Assembly (NCBI RefSeq): GCF_001457595.1
Contig: NZ_LN831039.1
Coordinates: forward strand, 5,730,001-5,762,000
Length of the DNA: 32,000 nt
DNA from: Mycolicibacterium smegmatis
GTDB lineage: Bacteria; Actinomycetota; Actinomycetes; Mycobacteriales; Mycobacteriaceae
Reading direction: 5' to 3'
The notes beneath the pieces are model-generated. The model worked only from the letters and a program-made list of their open reading frames with translations, made no database searches and had not been told where the DNA came from. The stretch's first letter is position 1; each line of letters starts with the position of its first letter. Shown one piece after another: positions 1 to 10,737 of this stretch. The position numbers were made by a program, and so were the translations under genes.

Positions 1-543
1 GTCGACTTCCTGATCAACAACGCCGGTGTCGGCAGCCCCAAACCCCTGCACGAGACCGACGACGAATCCCTCGACTATTTCCTGGGTCTCATGCTGCGCG
101 CGCCGTTCCGCCTGGCGCGCGACGTGATCCCGCACATGGGGCCGGGTTCGGCGATCATCAACGTGACGTCGACGTTCGCGGTGGTCGGCGGTCTGCGCGG
201 CGGCGCTTACTCGGCCGCCAAGGGCGGACTCACCGCGCTCACCACCCACATCGCATGCCAGTACGGTGCACAGGGAATCCGCTGCAACGCCGTCGCACCC
301 GGCGTCACCCTCACCCCGATGGTCGCGACGCGACTGGAAGACGACCGGTTCCGAAAGATCAACACCGAGATGACCCCGCACCAGCGCCTCGGCCGCGTCG
401 AGGACGTCGCGAGCACCGTGGCGTTCCTGTGTTCTGAGGGCGGCAGCTTCATCAACGGGCAGACCATCGTCGTCGACGGCGGGTGGAGTTCGACGAAGTA
501 CCTGTCCGACCACGCACTGAACTCGGATTGGGTTCCGCGGTGA
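1..543 (+). CDS. SDR-family oxidoreductase (5' partial)
   Basis: Frame 1 is open from the window edge ([14 protein letters not shown]...); NNAG motif, YSAAKGG active site, C-terminal [14 protein letters not shown] typical of SDRs. Confidence 0.93.
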   Translation, partial: VDFLINNAGVGSPKPLHETDDESLDYFLGLMLRAPFRLARDVIPHMGPGSAIINVTSTFAVVGGLRGGAYSAAKGGLTALTTHIACQYGAQGIRCNAVAPGVTLTPMVATRLEDDRFRKINTEMTPHQRLGRVEDVASTVAFLCSEGGSFINGQTIVVDGGWSSTKYLSDHALNSDWVPR

Positions 544-2012
544 ACCTTTTCGGCCTGCTGGATCAGACCGCGGCACGCCACGGTGACCGGGGTGCGGTGT
601 TCTGTGGTGAGCGTGAGCTGTACACGTGGACACAACTGCGTGACCGCGCGGCCCGTCTGGGTTCTACGCTCACCGAACCCGGCACACGCGTCGCGGTGGC
701 GAGTGAGAACCGGCCCGAGATCATCGAGATCATGTTCGGGGTGTGGGCCGCCGAGTGTGTGTACGTGCCCATCAACTACAAGCTGCACCCGCGGGAGATG
801 GCCGACATCCTCGCCGATTCCGGTGCGGCGCTGGTGTTCGCGTCACCGAAGATCGCACCCGGGCTTTTTGAGGTCACCGACGTTCCCGTCGAGGTCGTCG
901 GCACCGACGCCTACACGCAGCGGTTCGAATCCGAGCCGGTGCCGGCGCCGCTGACCGATCCGGCCGAGCTCGCGTGGCTGTTCTACACGAGCGGCACCAC
1001 CGGTAAGTCCAAGGGCGCCATGCTCTCCCACCGCAACCTCATGGCGATGACGGTGGCGCATCTGGCGGATTTCGACGCGCCCGACGAGTTCTGCAGCCTG
1101 GTGCACGGCGCGCCGATGTCCCACGGGTCGGGGCTGTACATCCCGCCGTACGTGCTACGCGGTGCGCGCCAGGTGATCCCGGAATCGGGCGCGTTCGAAC
1201 CCGACGAGTTCCTGGACCTGTGCGATCACCATCCCGGTTGCAGCGCGTTCCTGGCACCGACCATGGTGCAGCGGCTCATCCAGACCGGACGGCCGAGGCC
1301 CGCGAATCTGCGGACCGTGGTCTACGGCGGCGGGCCGATGTACGTCGACAGCCTCAAGAAGGCGCTCGCGGCGTACGGGCAGATCTTCGTGCAGCTCTAC
1401 GGGCAGGGCGAGGCGCCCATGACCATCACGGGCCTGCGCCGCGACGACCACCTCGATGCCGACGACGCGACGCTGGGCTCGGTGGGGTATCCCCGCTCGG
1501 GTGTCCAGGTTGCGGTGCTGCGCGCCGACGGCACGCCCGCCGACATCGGCGAGATCGGCGAGATCGTGTGCCGCGGTGACGTCGTCATGAGCGGTTACTG
1601 GAACAACCCGGAGGCCACCGCAGCCACGCTCAAGGACGGGTGGCTGCACACCGGCGACATGGGCTCGTTCGACGCGCGTGGCCACCTCACACTGCGCGAC
1701 CGGTCCAAGGACGTCGTGATCAGCGGCGGCAGCAACATCTATCCCCGCGAGGTCGAGGAGGTCCTGCTCGAGCACCCCGGCGTGGTCGAGGCCGGCGTCG
1801 TCGGCGCGCCCGATGCCGAGTGGGGCGAGATCGTGGTGGCGTTCGTCGTCACCAACGGGACCCCGGTGGACGCGGCCGCACTCGACGCGCACCTGCTGGA
1901 ACGCATCGCGCGGTTCAAGCGCCCCAAGCGGTACGAGTTCATCGATGCGCTGCCCAAGAACAGTTACGGCAAGGTGCTCAAGCGTGAACTCCGCGAGCGG
2001 GTTACAGGCTGA
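540..2012 (+). CDS. Class I adenylate-forming enzyme (acyl-CoA synthetase, FadD-like)
   Basis: [35 protein letters not shown] and a C-terminal [12 protein letters not shown] motif. GTG at 540 overlaps the upstream stop by 4 bp (GTGA); the track start at 483 is too long. Confidence 0.92.
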   Translation: MNLFGLLDQTAARHGDRGAVFCGERELYTWTQLRDRAARLGSTLTEPGTRVAVASENRPEIIEIMFGVWAAECVYVPINYKLHPREMADILADSGAALVFASPKIAPGLFEVTDVPVEVVGTDAYTQRFESEPVPAPLTDPAELAWLFYTSGTTGKSKGAMLSHRNLMAMTVAHLADFDAPDEFCSLVHGAPMSHGSGLYIPPYVLRGARQVIPESGAFEPDEFLDLCDHHPGCSAFLAPTMVQRLIQTGRPRPANLRTVVYGGGPMYVDSLKKALAAYGQIFVQLYGQGEAPMTITGLRRDDHLDADDATLGSVGYPRSGVQVAVLRADGTPADIGEIGEIVCRGDVVMSGYWNNPEATAATLKDGWLHTGDMGSFDARGHLTLRDRSKDVVISGGSNIYPREVEEVLLEHPGVVEAGVVGAPDAEWGEIVVAFVVTNGTPVDAAALDAHLLERIARFKRPKRYEFIDALPKNSYGKVLKRELRERVTG

Positions 2013-2016
2013 TCTC

Positions 2017-2460
2017 TCAGGTCGCGGACGGGGCGTAGAGCTGCTTGAAGCGGTTGAGCGACTCCTGGATGTCGCTCTTGAGCGCCGCGGCCACCACCAT
2101 GCCGATGGGCCCGAACAGGGCCGGGCCGCCGAGGTGCAGGTCGAAGCCCACCGTCGCGCCGTTGTCGGTGGGCTTGATCTTGCCGATCAGCTTGACCTTG
2201 ACCCCACCGCGGCCGTCACCGTTGAGTGTGAGCGCCTGCGGGGGCTTGTAGTGGACCAGCGTCCACCTGACCCGGTTGAGCATGCCCTTGACCTCGACGA
2301 TCGACTCGATCACCGTGCCCTTCTCCAGGGTCTCGGGCAACTTCGAGCGCCAGGCCCGGTGAATGCTGAGCCACTCGTGGTACCGGGACAGATCGGAGGC
2401 ATACTCCCACGCCTGCTCCGGCGGCAAAGGAACTTCGACAGAGACGGAAAGTTTGGCCAT
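2017..2460 (-). CDS. SRPBCC-family protein (Rv0910-like)
   Basis: 147-aa SRPBCC/START-like polyketide-cyclase fold sequence (LSVSVEVPLPPEQAWEYASDLSRYHEWLSIH); directly downstream of an Rv0909-like small gene. Confidence 0.85.
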   Translation of the reverse strand: MAKLSVSVEVPLPPEQAWEYASDLSRYHEWLSIHRAWRSKLPETLEKGTVIESIVEVKGMLNRVRWTLVHYKPPQALTLNGDGRGGVKVKLIGKIKPTDNGATVGFDLHLGGPALFGPIGMVVAAALKSDIQESLNRFKQLYAPSAT

Positions 2461-2469
2461 GTGCGTGTG

Positions 2470-2658
2470 TTACTGCTGTGGTTCTTGAGGGTCGTCTTTG
2501 CGGATGGCGTTCTTCGCGGCGTCCTGCGCCTTGTCGACGTGCTGGGCGTACTTGCCCTGCGTCTTCTCGTCGATCATGTCGCCGGCCTTGTCAATGACGG
2601 TGTCCACCTTGTCGGCGTTCTGCGACAAGAGGTCTTTGGCCTTGTCCAGGAATCCCAT
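2470..2658 (-). CDS. Small Rv0909-like putative antitoxin
   Basis: 62 aa, MGFLDKAKDLLSQNADKVDTVIDKAGDMIDEKTQGKYAQHVDKAQDAAKNAIRK, typical of the short actinobacterial Rv0909/MT0933 antitoxin family. Confidence 0.85.
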   Translation of the reverse strand: MGFLDKAKDLLSQNADKVDTVIDKAGDMIDEKTQGKYAQHVDKAQDAAKNAIRKDDPQEPQQ

Positions 2659-2683
2659 GGGCTCAGCCTAACGCGTCGACCAG

Positions 2684-5059
2684 CTATCTCCACACGCGCC
2701 GTTCCTCGCCCAGCACGCGCCCCTGCACCCACCACAGCACCTCGATCAGCGCGGCCCCGGCCAGCCCGATACCGAGGGCCACCGATGTGACCTTCATATT
2801 GGTGGGATCCAGCATGAACAGTTCCTGCGCCAGCGGGATCGAGAAGATCAGGACGTACGCCAGCATCGAGCACGCGACCAGCAAAACGCGCCACCACTGA
2901 TACGGCCGGGCCACCACCGCGAGCACCCACAGCGACGACGCCAGCAACGTGATGAGCGCCGCGGTGGACGCCTGCGTCTGCTCGACGGGCGTGGCCTCAC
3001 GGCCCTGGTACGCCACGAGATAGGACACGAACGTCGCGGTGCCGACCACCAGGCCCGACGGCAGCGCCGCCGTCATCACGCGACGCACGAACCCCGTCTT
3101 GGCGCGCTCGTTGTTGGGCGCGAGCGACAGGATGAACGCCGGGATGCCGATGGTGAACCACGCCGCGATGGTGACGTGGATCGGCTGGAACGGGAACAAC
3201 AGCGGATCCGTGCCGAAGATCTCGGCCGACAGGCCGCCGATGCCGACCAGGATCGCCAGAAGCACCGAGTACACGGTCTTGGTGAGGAACAGGTTGGAGA
3301 CCCGCTCGATGTTGCCGATCACGCGCCTGCCCTCGCCCACCACGTACGGCAGCGTCGCGAACTTGTTGTCCAGCAGCACGATCTGCGCGACCGCGCGTGA
3401 CGCGGAACTACCCGAGCCCATCGCGACGCCGATGTCGGCGTCCTTGAGGGCCAGCACGTCGTTGACGCCGTCTCCGGTCATCGCGACCGTGTGCCCGCGC
3501 GACTGCAGGGCATGCACCATGGCACGCTTCTGATCGGGGCGCACCCGCCCGAATGTGGTGCACTCCTCCAGCGTCTCGGCGAGTTCCTCGGGCTGTTCGG
3601 GCAGACGCCTGGCGTCCATGGTCTCGCCGTGCAGGCCGAGTTTGCCGGCCACCGCGCCCACCGACACCGCGTTGTCACCCGAGATGACCTTGACCGAGAC
3701 GTGTTGCGACGCGAAGTAGTCGAGCGTGTCCCCCGCGTCGGGCCGGATCCGCTGCTCGAGCACCACCAGCGCTGCGGGGGTGACCACACCCGGCGCGTCG
3801 GGCGCATCGACACTGCGGTCCGACGATCCCAGCAACAGCACCCGCAGACCCTGTGCGCCGATGCGTTCGGCCTCCTCGGCCACCGGGGACGCGGGGTCGA
3901 GCAGCACGTCGGGCGCACCGATCACCCAGTTGCCGTGCTCGCCGTAGGACGTGCCGCTCCATTTGGTGGCCGACTTGAACGGCGCGGTCGCGGTCGCGGA
4001 CCACCCCGGCGGCGTCTGGTAGGCCTCGGCGATGGCGGCCATGCTCGCGTTGGGCCGTGCGTCGTCGGACGCCAACTGGGCCAGCACATCAGCGACGTGG
4101 CCCTCGGTGAGGGACTTGAGATCGCTGACACGCATGCCGTTCTCGGTGAGCGTGCCGGTCTTGTCCGCGCACACCACGTCGACGCGTGCGAGGCCCTCGA
4201 TCGCGGGCAACTCGTTGACCAGACACTGACGCCGCCCGAGCCGCACCACGCCGACCGCGAACGCGATCGACGTCATGAGCACCAGGCCCTCGGGCACCAT
4301 CGGCACCAGCGCCCCGACCATGCGCAGCACGGCCTCGCGCCATCCGGCGTCGGTGGTGAACAACTGCGTGTAGATGGTCAGCAGGCCCGCGGGCACCAGC
4401 AGGTAGGTGATGAACTGCAGGATCTTGTTGATGCCGTTGCGCAGTTCGGATTTCACCAGCGTGAACTTGGAGGCCTCCTCGGCGAGCTTGGCCGCGTACG
4501 CCTCGCGGCCCACCTTGGTGGCGCGGTACGCACCGCTGCCCGCGACGACGAAGCTGCCGGACATGACGGGATCGCCCGCGTCCTTGGCGATGGGATCGGC
4601 CTCGCCGGTGAGCAGCGACTCGTCGACCTCGAGGTTGGTCTCCTCGACCACCTCGCCGTCCACCACGATCTGATCGCCGGGACCCAACTCGATGATGTCG
4701 TCGAGCACGACCTCGCTGGGCAGCACGGCCCTGGTCCCCGACTGCCTGCGCACCGTGGGCTTGGCCTGCCCCACGATCGCGAGCTTGTCCAGCGTCTGCT
4801 TGGCGCGGATCTCCTGGATGATGCCGATCGCGCTGTTGGCGATGATGAGCAACCCGAACGCGCCGTTGATCACCGAACCGGTCGACAGCACGATGACGAA
4901 CAGCACACCGAGGATCGCGTTGATGCGCGTGAACACGTTGGCACGCACGATCTCGGACACCGTGCGCGCGGCGCGGGTCGGGACGTCGTTTGTCTTGCCC
5001 TCGGCGATCCGCTGTGCGACCTCGGCATCGGTGAGGCCGGCGGCAGCCATCGTCGTCAT
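2684..5059 (-). CDS. ctpE: Cation-translocating P-type ATPase, CtpE-like
   Basis: [10 protein letters not shown] phosphorylation site, [30 protein letters not shown]; gene order matches Rv0908 context. Confidence 0.9.
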   Translation of the reverse strand: MTTMAAAGLTDAEVAQRIAEGKTNDVPTRAARTVSEIVRANVFTRINAILGVLFVIVLSTGSVINGAFGLLIIANSAIGIIQEIRAKQTLDKLAIVGQAKPTVRRQSGTRAVLPSEVVLDDIIELGPGDQIVVDGEVVEETNLEVDESLLTGEADPIAKDAGDPVMSGSFVVAGSGAYRATKVGREAYAAKLAEEASKFTLVKSELRNGINKILQFITYLLVPAGLLTIYTQLFTTDAGWREAVLRMVGALVPMVPEGLVLMTSIAFAVGVVRLGRRQCLVNELPAIEGLARVDVVCADKTGTLTENGMRVSDLKSLTEGHVADVLAQLASDDARPNASMAAIAEAYQTPPGWSATATAPFKSATKWSGTSYGEHGNWVIGAPDVLLDPASPVAEEAERIGAQGLRVLLLGSSDRSVDAPDAPGVVTPAALVVLEQRIRPDAGDTLDYFASQHVSVKVISGDNAVSVGAVAGKLGLHGETMDARRLPEQPEELAETLEECTTFGRVRPDQKRAMVHALQSRGHTVAMTGDGVNDVLALKDADIGVAMGSGSSASRAVAQIVLLDNKFATLPYVVGEGRRVIGNIERVSNLFLTKTVYSVLLAILVGIGGLSAEIFGTDPLLFPFQPIHVTIAAWFTIGIPAFILSLAPNNERAKTGFVRRVMTAALPSGLVVGTATFVSYLVAYQGREATPVEQTQASTAALITLLASSLWVLAVVARPYQWWRVLLVACSMLAYVLIFSIPLAQELFMLDPTNMKVTSVALGIGLAGAALIEVLWWVQGRVLGEERRVWR

Positions 5060-5072
5060 TTGGTGAAAACCG

Positions 5073-6680
5073 TCATCTGGTGAACGTCCCCGTCCCGTCC
5101 TCGTCGAAGTACTCCAGTGTCAGCTTGTCACCGGCGAAGGTCGCCTTGGAAATGGTGCCAGGCGGCGCGTTCTCGCTGACGAAACGGAACGTGAACACAT
5201 CGCCGTCCCAGTGCGTGAGCCGAGCCTTGAACTTCGGGCCGAGCGCGAGTTGCAGCGCACCGTCCTGCTCGGTGACCGTCGCCGGGCCCCAGTAGTCGTT
5301 GCGGTACACGCCCACATAGTCCGGAAGCGGTCTGGCCGGGGCCGGCACGGCCGGCGGTTTCTTGCCCACCAGTTCGCCCTCGGGACCGTCCATCGACGCG
5401 AACGCGTCGGCGTAGAGCTTGCGCCAGTCCTGTCTGACCTCGCCGAACTGCACGAGGTCGGCGAACTCCGCGGTGAGGGTCTCCGGGATGCCCGCGGGTG
5501 TCCCGTTGGTGAGCGCGACGATCCCGACGTCGGCCGACGGCAGGATCACGAAGTTGGTGGCCGCGCCGAGTTCGAAGGCGCCCGAGTGGCTCAGCTGCGT
5601 ACGCGCGGCCGACGTGGTGCCGACGTTGAAGCCGTAGCCGTAGAAGCCCGAACGCATCGCCGGCTGTGACGCACGGTCCGACACCACCTGCGGTGTGATC
5701 GCGGGCAACAGCGTGGACTCCTCGACGATGCGCTCGCCCTCGAACACGCCGTCGCCCAACACCATCGCGAGCCAGCGGGTCATGTCGTCGACCGACGCGC
5801 TCACACCCCCGGCGGGTGTCTGCGCGTCGGCGTTGCGCACATACTGCGGTTCGTAACGGCCGTCGACGCGGATGTGTCCCACGGCGCGGTTCTGCGTGGC
5901 CTCGTAGTCGGCGAAACGCGAACTGGTCGAGTTCATTCCGAGCGGGCGGTAGAGCACGTCGCGCGCGAGGTCCTCCCAGCTGCGGCCCGCGGCGGCAGCC
6001 ACGGCCTCGGCAGCCGCGGTGAGCCCGAAGTTGGTGTACGCGTAGGAGATCCGGAACGGATCCAGCGGCAGCGCCCGCAGGTGCTCGAGGATGTAGCGCC
6101 GGTCGTAGCCCAGGTCCTCCAGCTGATCGCCCGCGTGATCGGGCAGACCCGAGCGGTGCGCGAACAGGTCGCCGACCGTGACCATCCTGGTGGTCACCGG
6201 GTCCGAGAGCGCGAACCACGGCAGATGCTCGACCACCGGGGTGTCCCAGCCGATCGCGCCGGTGCCGACCTGATGTGCGACGACGGTGGCCGCGATGGGC
6301 TTGGACAGCGACGCGAGCTGGAACACCGTATCGGGGTCGACGCGGTTGGACTCGACATCGCCGTTGCGCACGTCACGTACACCGAATCCCTTGGCGTACA
6401 CGGTCTTCCCGCCGTGCACCACCGCCACGGCCATGCCGGGGATCCCCGAGCTGCGCATGAGATCCTCGGCGATGCCGTCGAGTTTGGCCACGGCGTTCTC
6501 GACCGCGTTCTCGGGCAGCGCCATCGCCGGGACGAGGGGTGGCGGCTCGTCGGCAAACGTCTGCGACGGTTGCGCGGAGCGCTGCGCGTCGGCGGTGTCG
6601 TCGCCGCCGGCGCAGCCGCTCACTGCGAGACCCACGACCAACGCCGAACCCACGGCTCTGGCGAACACCGACCTGCGCAT
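5073..6680 (-). CDS. Beta-lactamase-family serine hydrolase, probable lipoprotein (Rv0907-like)
   Basis: SLSK (SxxK) and YTN motifs; signal peptide [26 protein letters not shown] with lipobox when started at ATG 6680. Confidence 0.87.
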   Translation of the reverse strand: MRRSVFARAVGSALVVGLAVSGCAGGDDTADAQRSAQPSQTFADEPPPLVPAMALPENAVENAVAKLDGIAEDLMRSSGIPGMAVAVVHGGKTVYAKGFGVRDVRNGDVESNRVDPDTVFQLASLSKPIAATVVAHQVGTGAIGWDTPVVEHLPWFALSDPVTTRMVTVGDLFAHRSGLPDHAGDQLEDLGYDRRYILEHLRALPLDPFRISYAYTNFGLTAAAEAVAAAAGRSWEDLARDVLYRPLGMNSTSSRFADYEATQNRAVGHIRVDGRYEPQYVRNADAQTPAGGVSASVDDMTRWLAMVLGDGVFEGERIVEESTLLPAITPQVVSDRASQPAMRSGFYGYGFNVGTTSAARTQLSHSGAFELGAATNFVILPSADVGIVALTNGTPAGIPETLTAEFADLVQFGEVRQDWRKLYADAFASMDGPEGELVGKKPPAVPAPARPLPDYVGVYRNDYWGPATVTEQDGALQLALGPKFKARLTHWDGDVFTFRFVSENAPPGTISKATFAGDKLTLEYFDEDGTGTFTR

Positions 6681-6735
6681 GCTGTACACAACACGGCAGT
6701 ATGCCTGCAAACAGGCGCAAAGTCGGTGCAATGGG

Positions 6736-7851
6736 TTACAACTGCCACCACGGGTCGAGCACCGGCGAGCCGCCGTCGACACGCTGCCCTGGTTTGGGCA
6801 CCGCGACCTGCACCCCGGCCGGATCGGCCGCGGCGAGCAACCGTCGTACCGGCTCGGCCCACGGGTGCGGCGCCAACCGGAACGTCGCCCAGTGGATGGG
6901 CACCAGCAACCCGGACTCGGTCATGTCCAGGTGCGCCCGCACCGACTCCTCGGGGTTCATGTGGATGTCGGGCCACCCGGGGTTGTAGGCACCGACCGGC
7001 AGCAGCGTCAGGTCGAAAGGCCCGTGCTCGGAACCGATTTCGGAGAAGCTCTTGGTGTAGCCGGTATCGCCGCCGAAGAACGCGCGGTGGCCGGGCCCGA
7101 TCACCACCCACGACGCCCACAGCGTCGTGTTGCGCTGCAGGAACCGCCCGGAGAAGTGCCGCGCGGGTGTGCACACGATGGTCAGATCGCCGATGCGGTG
7201 ACTCTCGTTCCAGTCGAGTTCGACGATGCGGGCCTCCGGGATGCCCCACTTGCGCAGATGCGCACCGATACCCAGCGGCACGAGGAACGGCGCACGCTGC
7301 GTGCGTGCCAGGCCCCGGACGGTGTCGATGTCGAGATGGTCGTAGTGGTCGTGGCTGATCACGACCGCGTCGACCGCGGGCAGCGCCTCCAACGGCACCG
7401 GCGGCGCGTGCAGGCGGCGCGGACCGACCACGCGCGACGGCGAGCAGCGGTCACTCCAGATCGGATCGGTGAGCACGCGGTAGCCGTCGACCTCGATCAG
7501 GGCCGAGGAATGGCCGTACCAGGACACCGCGCACGGCTTGGCCTCGGCGGTCTCTGCCTCGGTGGGTTCGGCGAGCGGGATCTCCCCCGGCGGCCAGCTC
7601 GCGCCCTTCGAGCCGAACATCTCGGCGAACAGCCGGCGCCGCTCTTCGCGGTCCAGGTTGATACCGGGCGACGCGGGCTCGATGTTGACGAAGACCTTGC
7701 CGTCGAACTGCGGCGACCGCGTCGCCACCGGCTTGATGTCGCGGGGCTGGGCGCCCACCGACGCGTACGTACCGCGCAGCGCCCCCAAGAGCCAGCCGCC
7801 GGCCAGCAGGCCGGCCGAACGCGTCGTCAACCGCAGCGCCGCGCGCAACAC
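6736..7851 (-). CDS. MBL-fold metallo-hydrolase (Rv0906-like)
   Basis: SHDHYDHLD zinc motif, GHSSALIEVDGYRVLTDPIWSDRCSP, GGDTGYTKSF; GTG start. Confidence 0.88.
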   Translation of the reverse strand: MLRAALRLTTRSAGLLAGGWLLGALRGTYASVGAQPRDIKPVATRSPQFDGKVFVNIEPASPGINLDREERRRLFAEMFGSKGASWPPGEIPLAEPTEAETAEAKPCAVSWYGHSSALIEVDGYRVLTDPIWSDRCSPSRVVGPRRLHAPPVPLEALPAVDAVVISHDHYDHLDIDTVRGLARTQRAPFLVPLGIGAHLRKWGIPEARIVELDWNESHRIGDLTIVCTPARHFSGRFLQRNTTLWASWVVIGPGHRAFFGGDTGYTKSFSEIGSEHGPFDLTLLPVGAYNPGWPDIHMNPEESVRAHLDMTESGLLVPIHWATFRLAPHPWAEPVRRLLAAADPAGVQVAVPKPGQRVDGGSPVLDPWWQL

Positions 7852-7852
7852 G

Positions 7853-8584
7853 TCAGGCCCCGGTGAACCTGGGCGGACGCTTCTCGATGCGCGCCACCTG
7901 GGCCTCGATCACGTCAGGTGACTTCCAGGCCCGGTCGAACAACTCCTTGTGCGCGGGCCACGGCTCTTCGTAGGCGCCGTCGTCATTGAGGACACGCTTG
8001 GCGTGCTGCAGTGCCAGCGGTGCGAACCCCGCGATCTCGGCCGCCCACTTCTGCGCGTCGGCCAGGGTGCCGATGCGGTTGGCCATGCCCGTCTGCAGCG
8101 CGGTCTCGGCGTCGAGCTTCTCCGCGGCCAACAGCATGCCCCGCGCGCGGCCGTAACCCACCAGCGACGTCAACCGGCGGATGCTCCAGTTGTCCAGCGC
8201 CAGCCCGTATTTCGCGACCGGAAACTGGAAGTACGCCTCCGGCACCACGACCCGCAGATCGCAGATCATCGCGAGGATCACGCCCGCGCCGATCGCGGGC
8301 CCGTTGATCGCGCCGATCACCGGCACCGGGGCCTTGTCGATCGCGAGGTTCAGCGCCGTCGCCTTGTCGGGCAGTTCGGCGGCGAACGCGTCACCGGACA
8401 GGTCGGCGCCCGCGCTGAACACCGACCCCTGGCCGGTGAGCACGATCGCGCGGATGTCCTCGGACGCGGCGTTCTCGACCGCCTCACGCAGGCTGTCGAC
8501 GAGTTCGCAGTTCAGCGCGTTGCGCCGCTCGGGACGTTGGAGCTCCAGGGTCAGGACATTGCCGTCTCGGGTGACACCAATCAT
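7853..8584 (-). CDS. echA6: Enoyl-CoA hydratase/isomerase family protein (EchA6-like)
   Basis: 243-aa crotonase ([57 protein letters not shown]); synteny with Rv0905. Confidence 0.88.
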   Translation of the reverse strand: MIGVTRDGNVLTLELQRPERRNALNCELVDSLREAVENAASEDIRAIVLTGQGSVFSAGADLSGDAFAAELPDKATALNLAIDKAPVPVIGAINGPAIGAGVILAMICDLRVVVPEAYFQFPVAKYGLALDNWSIRRLTSLVGYGRARGMLLAAEKLDAETALQTGMANRIGTLADAQKWAAEIAGFAPLALQHAKRVLNDDGAYEEPWPAHKELFDRAWKSPDVIEAQVARIEKRPPRFTGA

Positions 8585-8610
8585 GTCGCCAGCCTAACCA
8601 TGGGTGCTGT

Positions 8611-10737
8611 TCAGCTCTCGGCGGTGCTCAGCTGCCAGTCGCCGGGCAGGCCCGTGACCTTTGCCACCGTCCCCTCCGCCTCGACCGCCACCGTGGCCGA
8701 GCCGAGCCGCAGATCGGTCAACGCCACGCGACCCCAGGCGGCGGGCAGGTGCGGGCGCACGGTGAGCTTGCGGTGCGGGACGTCGGGCTCGAGACCGAGG
8801 AAGGCGCGCACCAGCAGCAGCGGCGCCGCGCTGGCCCATGCCTGCGGCGAACACGACGTCGGGTACGGCACCGGCGAGGCGAACTGCGACCGGTGGAACC
8901 CGCAGAACAGCTCGGGCAGCCGGCCGCCGAACGCGTCGGCCGCGTCGAGCAGGCCGAGCGCGAGCCGTTCGGCGAGTTCGACGGCACCCGGCACGTGGCG
9001 GTAGCGCAGCAGCCCCGCGACCGCGATGGCCGTGTCGTGCGGCCACACCGAGCCGTTGTGATAGCTCATCGGGTTGTAGGCGCCCATGTCGGCGGCCAGC
9101 GTGCGCAGCCCGAAGCCCGAGTCCATCTCGGAGGTGCCCAGCTTCTCGACGATCCGCGCGGCGTGTTCGTCGGTCGCGATACCCGCCCACAGGCAGTGCC
9201 CGACATTGCTGGTCAACGAGTCGACCGGGCGCTTGTCGCCGTCCAGGGCGAGCGCGTAGTAGCCGCGGTCGGGCAACCAGAACTTCTCGGCGAAGCGCTT
9301 CTTCAGCGTCGCGGCCCGGTCGCGCATGCGCTTGGCGGTCGCGGGTTCGCCGAACGCGTCGGCCAACTCCGCCCGGGCCCGCAGTGCCGCGTACTGGTAG
9401 GCCTGCACCTCGCACAGCGCGATCGGCGCGTCGGCGCGGTGGCCCGCCGCGTCGGTGATCGCGTCGAAGCTGTCCTTCCAGCCCTGGTTGAGCAGGCCGC
9501 GGTCGGTCGCGCGCTTGTACTCGATGAACCCGTCGTCGTCGCGGTCGCCGTAGCGGGCCGCCCAACTCAACGCGGCGTCGGCCGCGGGCAGCAGTGCCCG
9601 TACCGCGCCCTCGTCGGCGCCCCACCGCCAGCATTCGGCCAGCAGCATCACGAACAATGGCGTCGAATCGGCCGACCCGTAGTAGACCGAGCCGCCCAGC
9701 ACGTCGGTGCTCGCCGGGCCGCGGCGGATCTCGTGCATGATCCGCCCCGGCTGCTCCTCGGTCAGCGGATCCACGCGGCGCCCCTGCGAGTCGGCCAGGC
9801 GCTGCAGCGTGCCCACCGAGAGCCCGACGTCCAGCGGCAGCGACATCCACGCCGTCAACAGACTGTCGCGGCCGAACAGCGTCATGAACCACGGTGCGCC
9901 CGCCGCGACGTACGGACGCTCGTCGGTCTCGTCGCGGATCAGCAGCGCACCCAGATCGCTCTCGCTGCGCTGCAGTGTCGCGGCCAGCGCCCGCAGATCG
10001 GTCTCGACCGTGGTGGTGGTGCCCCGCCAGGCCTCGATCTTGCGGGCCGGTGCGCTGGCCTCCAGTTCCTCACCCGTGCGGAACCGGGTCTTCACGCTCT
10101 GGTTGGCCCATGTCGGCTCCGCGACCACCTCGGCCTGCCACGTGCCGCGCGGCGGCACCACGACGCGCCACCGGAACACCCCCGGCGTGACCACCGGCGA
10201 ACCGGACGCCGTGATCTTCACGCCGCGAACGCGATTCGACCGGTCGTTGAGCACCAGCTCGTTGTCGACGAGCGATATCTCGGCGCCCCCGATGGGCGCG
10301 CGGCCCTCCTTGACGGCGAACAGGTCCGCGAAATCGGCGTCGACGAGCAGCTCTAGAGACACCACGGTGGGCTCGTCGGCCAGGTTGTACAGCGATATGG
10401 TCTCGCGCAACCCGTCGGCGATCAGGCGGTCACGCACCAGCAGCAGTGTGCTGTCGGCAACCCCGGCACGCGGTGTGCGGCGCATGATGAACTGCGCGGC
10501 AAAGGCTTCCGGGGTCTGCACGGTCAGCGACTCGGGTTCACCGCCGTCGACGTGCAACTGCCACCGCGACAGCACGCGCGCATCGCGGAAGAACAGGCCG
10601 TGCGACCGGCCCGCCAGCACGTCGCCGTGGCGGTCGGACAGGCAGAAGGTGGCACCTTCCACGAGTGTCACTGTGCCACCGCCGAATCCGATGCTGGCGG
10701 GCTCGCCACCATTGAGAATGGTCGGCGTCACGGTCAT
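8611..10737 (-). CDS. Amylo-alpha-1,6-glucosidase / glycogen-debranching-type glycoside hydrolase
   Basis: N-terminal debranching domain (FCLSDRHGDVLAGRSHGLFFRDARVLSRW) and GH15/GDE-like core (PWFMTLFGRDSLLTAWM, NGSVWPHDTAIA). ATG 10737 overlaps the upstream stop (ATGA); the track extension to 11067 overlaps the glycosyltransferase. Confidence 0.88.
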   Translation of the reverse strand: MTVTPTILNGGEPASIGFGGGTVTLVEGATFCLSDRHGDVLAGRSHGLFFRDARVLSRWQLHVDGGEPESLTVQTPEAFAAQFIMRRTPRAGVADSTLLLVRDRLIADGLRETISLYNLADEPTVVSLELLVDADFADLFAVKEGRAPIGGAEISLVDNELVLNDRSNRVRGVKITASGSPVVTPGVFRWRVVVPPRGTWQAEVVAEPTWANQSVKTRFRTGEELEASAPARKIEAWRGTTTTVETDLRALAATLQRSESDLGALLIRDETDERPYVAAGAPWFMTLFGRDSLLTAWMSLPLDVGLSVGTLQRLADSQGRRVDPLTEEQPGRIMHEIRRGPASTDVLGGSVYYGSADSTPLFVMLLAECWRWGADEGAVRALLPAADAALSWAARYGDRDDDGFIEYKRATDRGLLNQGWKDSFDAITDAAGHRADAPIALCEVQAYQYAALRARAELADAFGEPATAKRMRDRAATLKKRFAEKFWLPDRGYYALALDGDKRPVDSLTSNVGHCLWAGIATDEHAARIVEKLGTSEMDSGFGLRTLAADMGAYNPMSYHNGSVWPHDTAIAVAGLLRYRHVPGAVELAERLALGLLDAADAFGGRLPELFCGFHRSQFASPVPYPTSCSPQAWASAAPLLLVRAFLGLEPDVPHRKLTVRPHLPAAWGRVALTDLRLGSATVAVEAEGTVAKVTGLPGDWQLSTAES

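Noticed and set aside
3491-5083. 530-aa + strand ORF antisense to ctpE
   Set aside because: Low-complexity R/H/G/V-rich translation with no domain signal; mirror frame of a strong high-GC coding gene.
5874-7866. Long + strand ORFs (494 and 526 aa) antisense to the beta-lactamase-family and MBL genes
   Set aside because: His/Arg-rich mirror frames without motifs; real genes lie on the minus strand.
8594-9892. 432-aa minus-strand ORF in another frame inside the debranching-enzyme gene
   Set aside because: Arg/Gly/Ala-rich out-of-frame translation; the 8611-10737 frame carries the conserved GH/GDE motifs.
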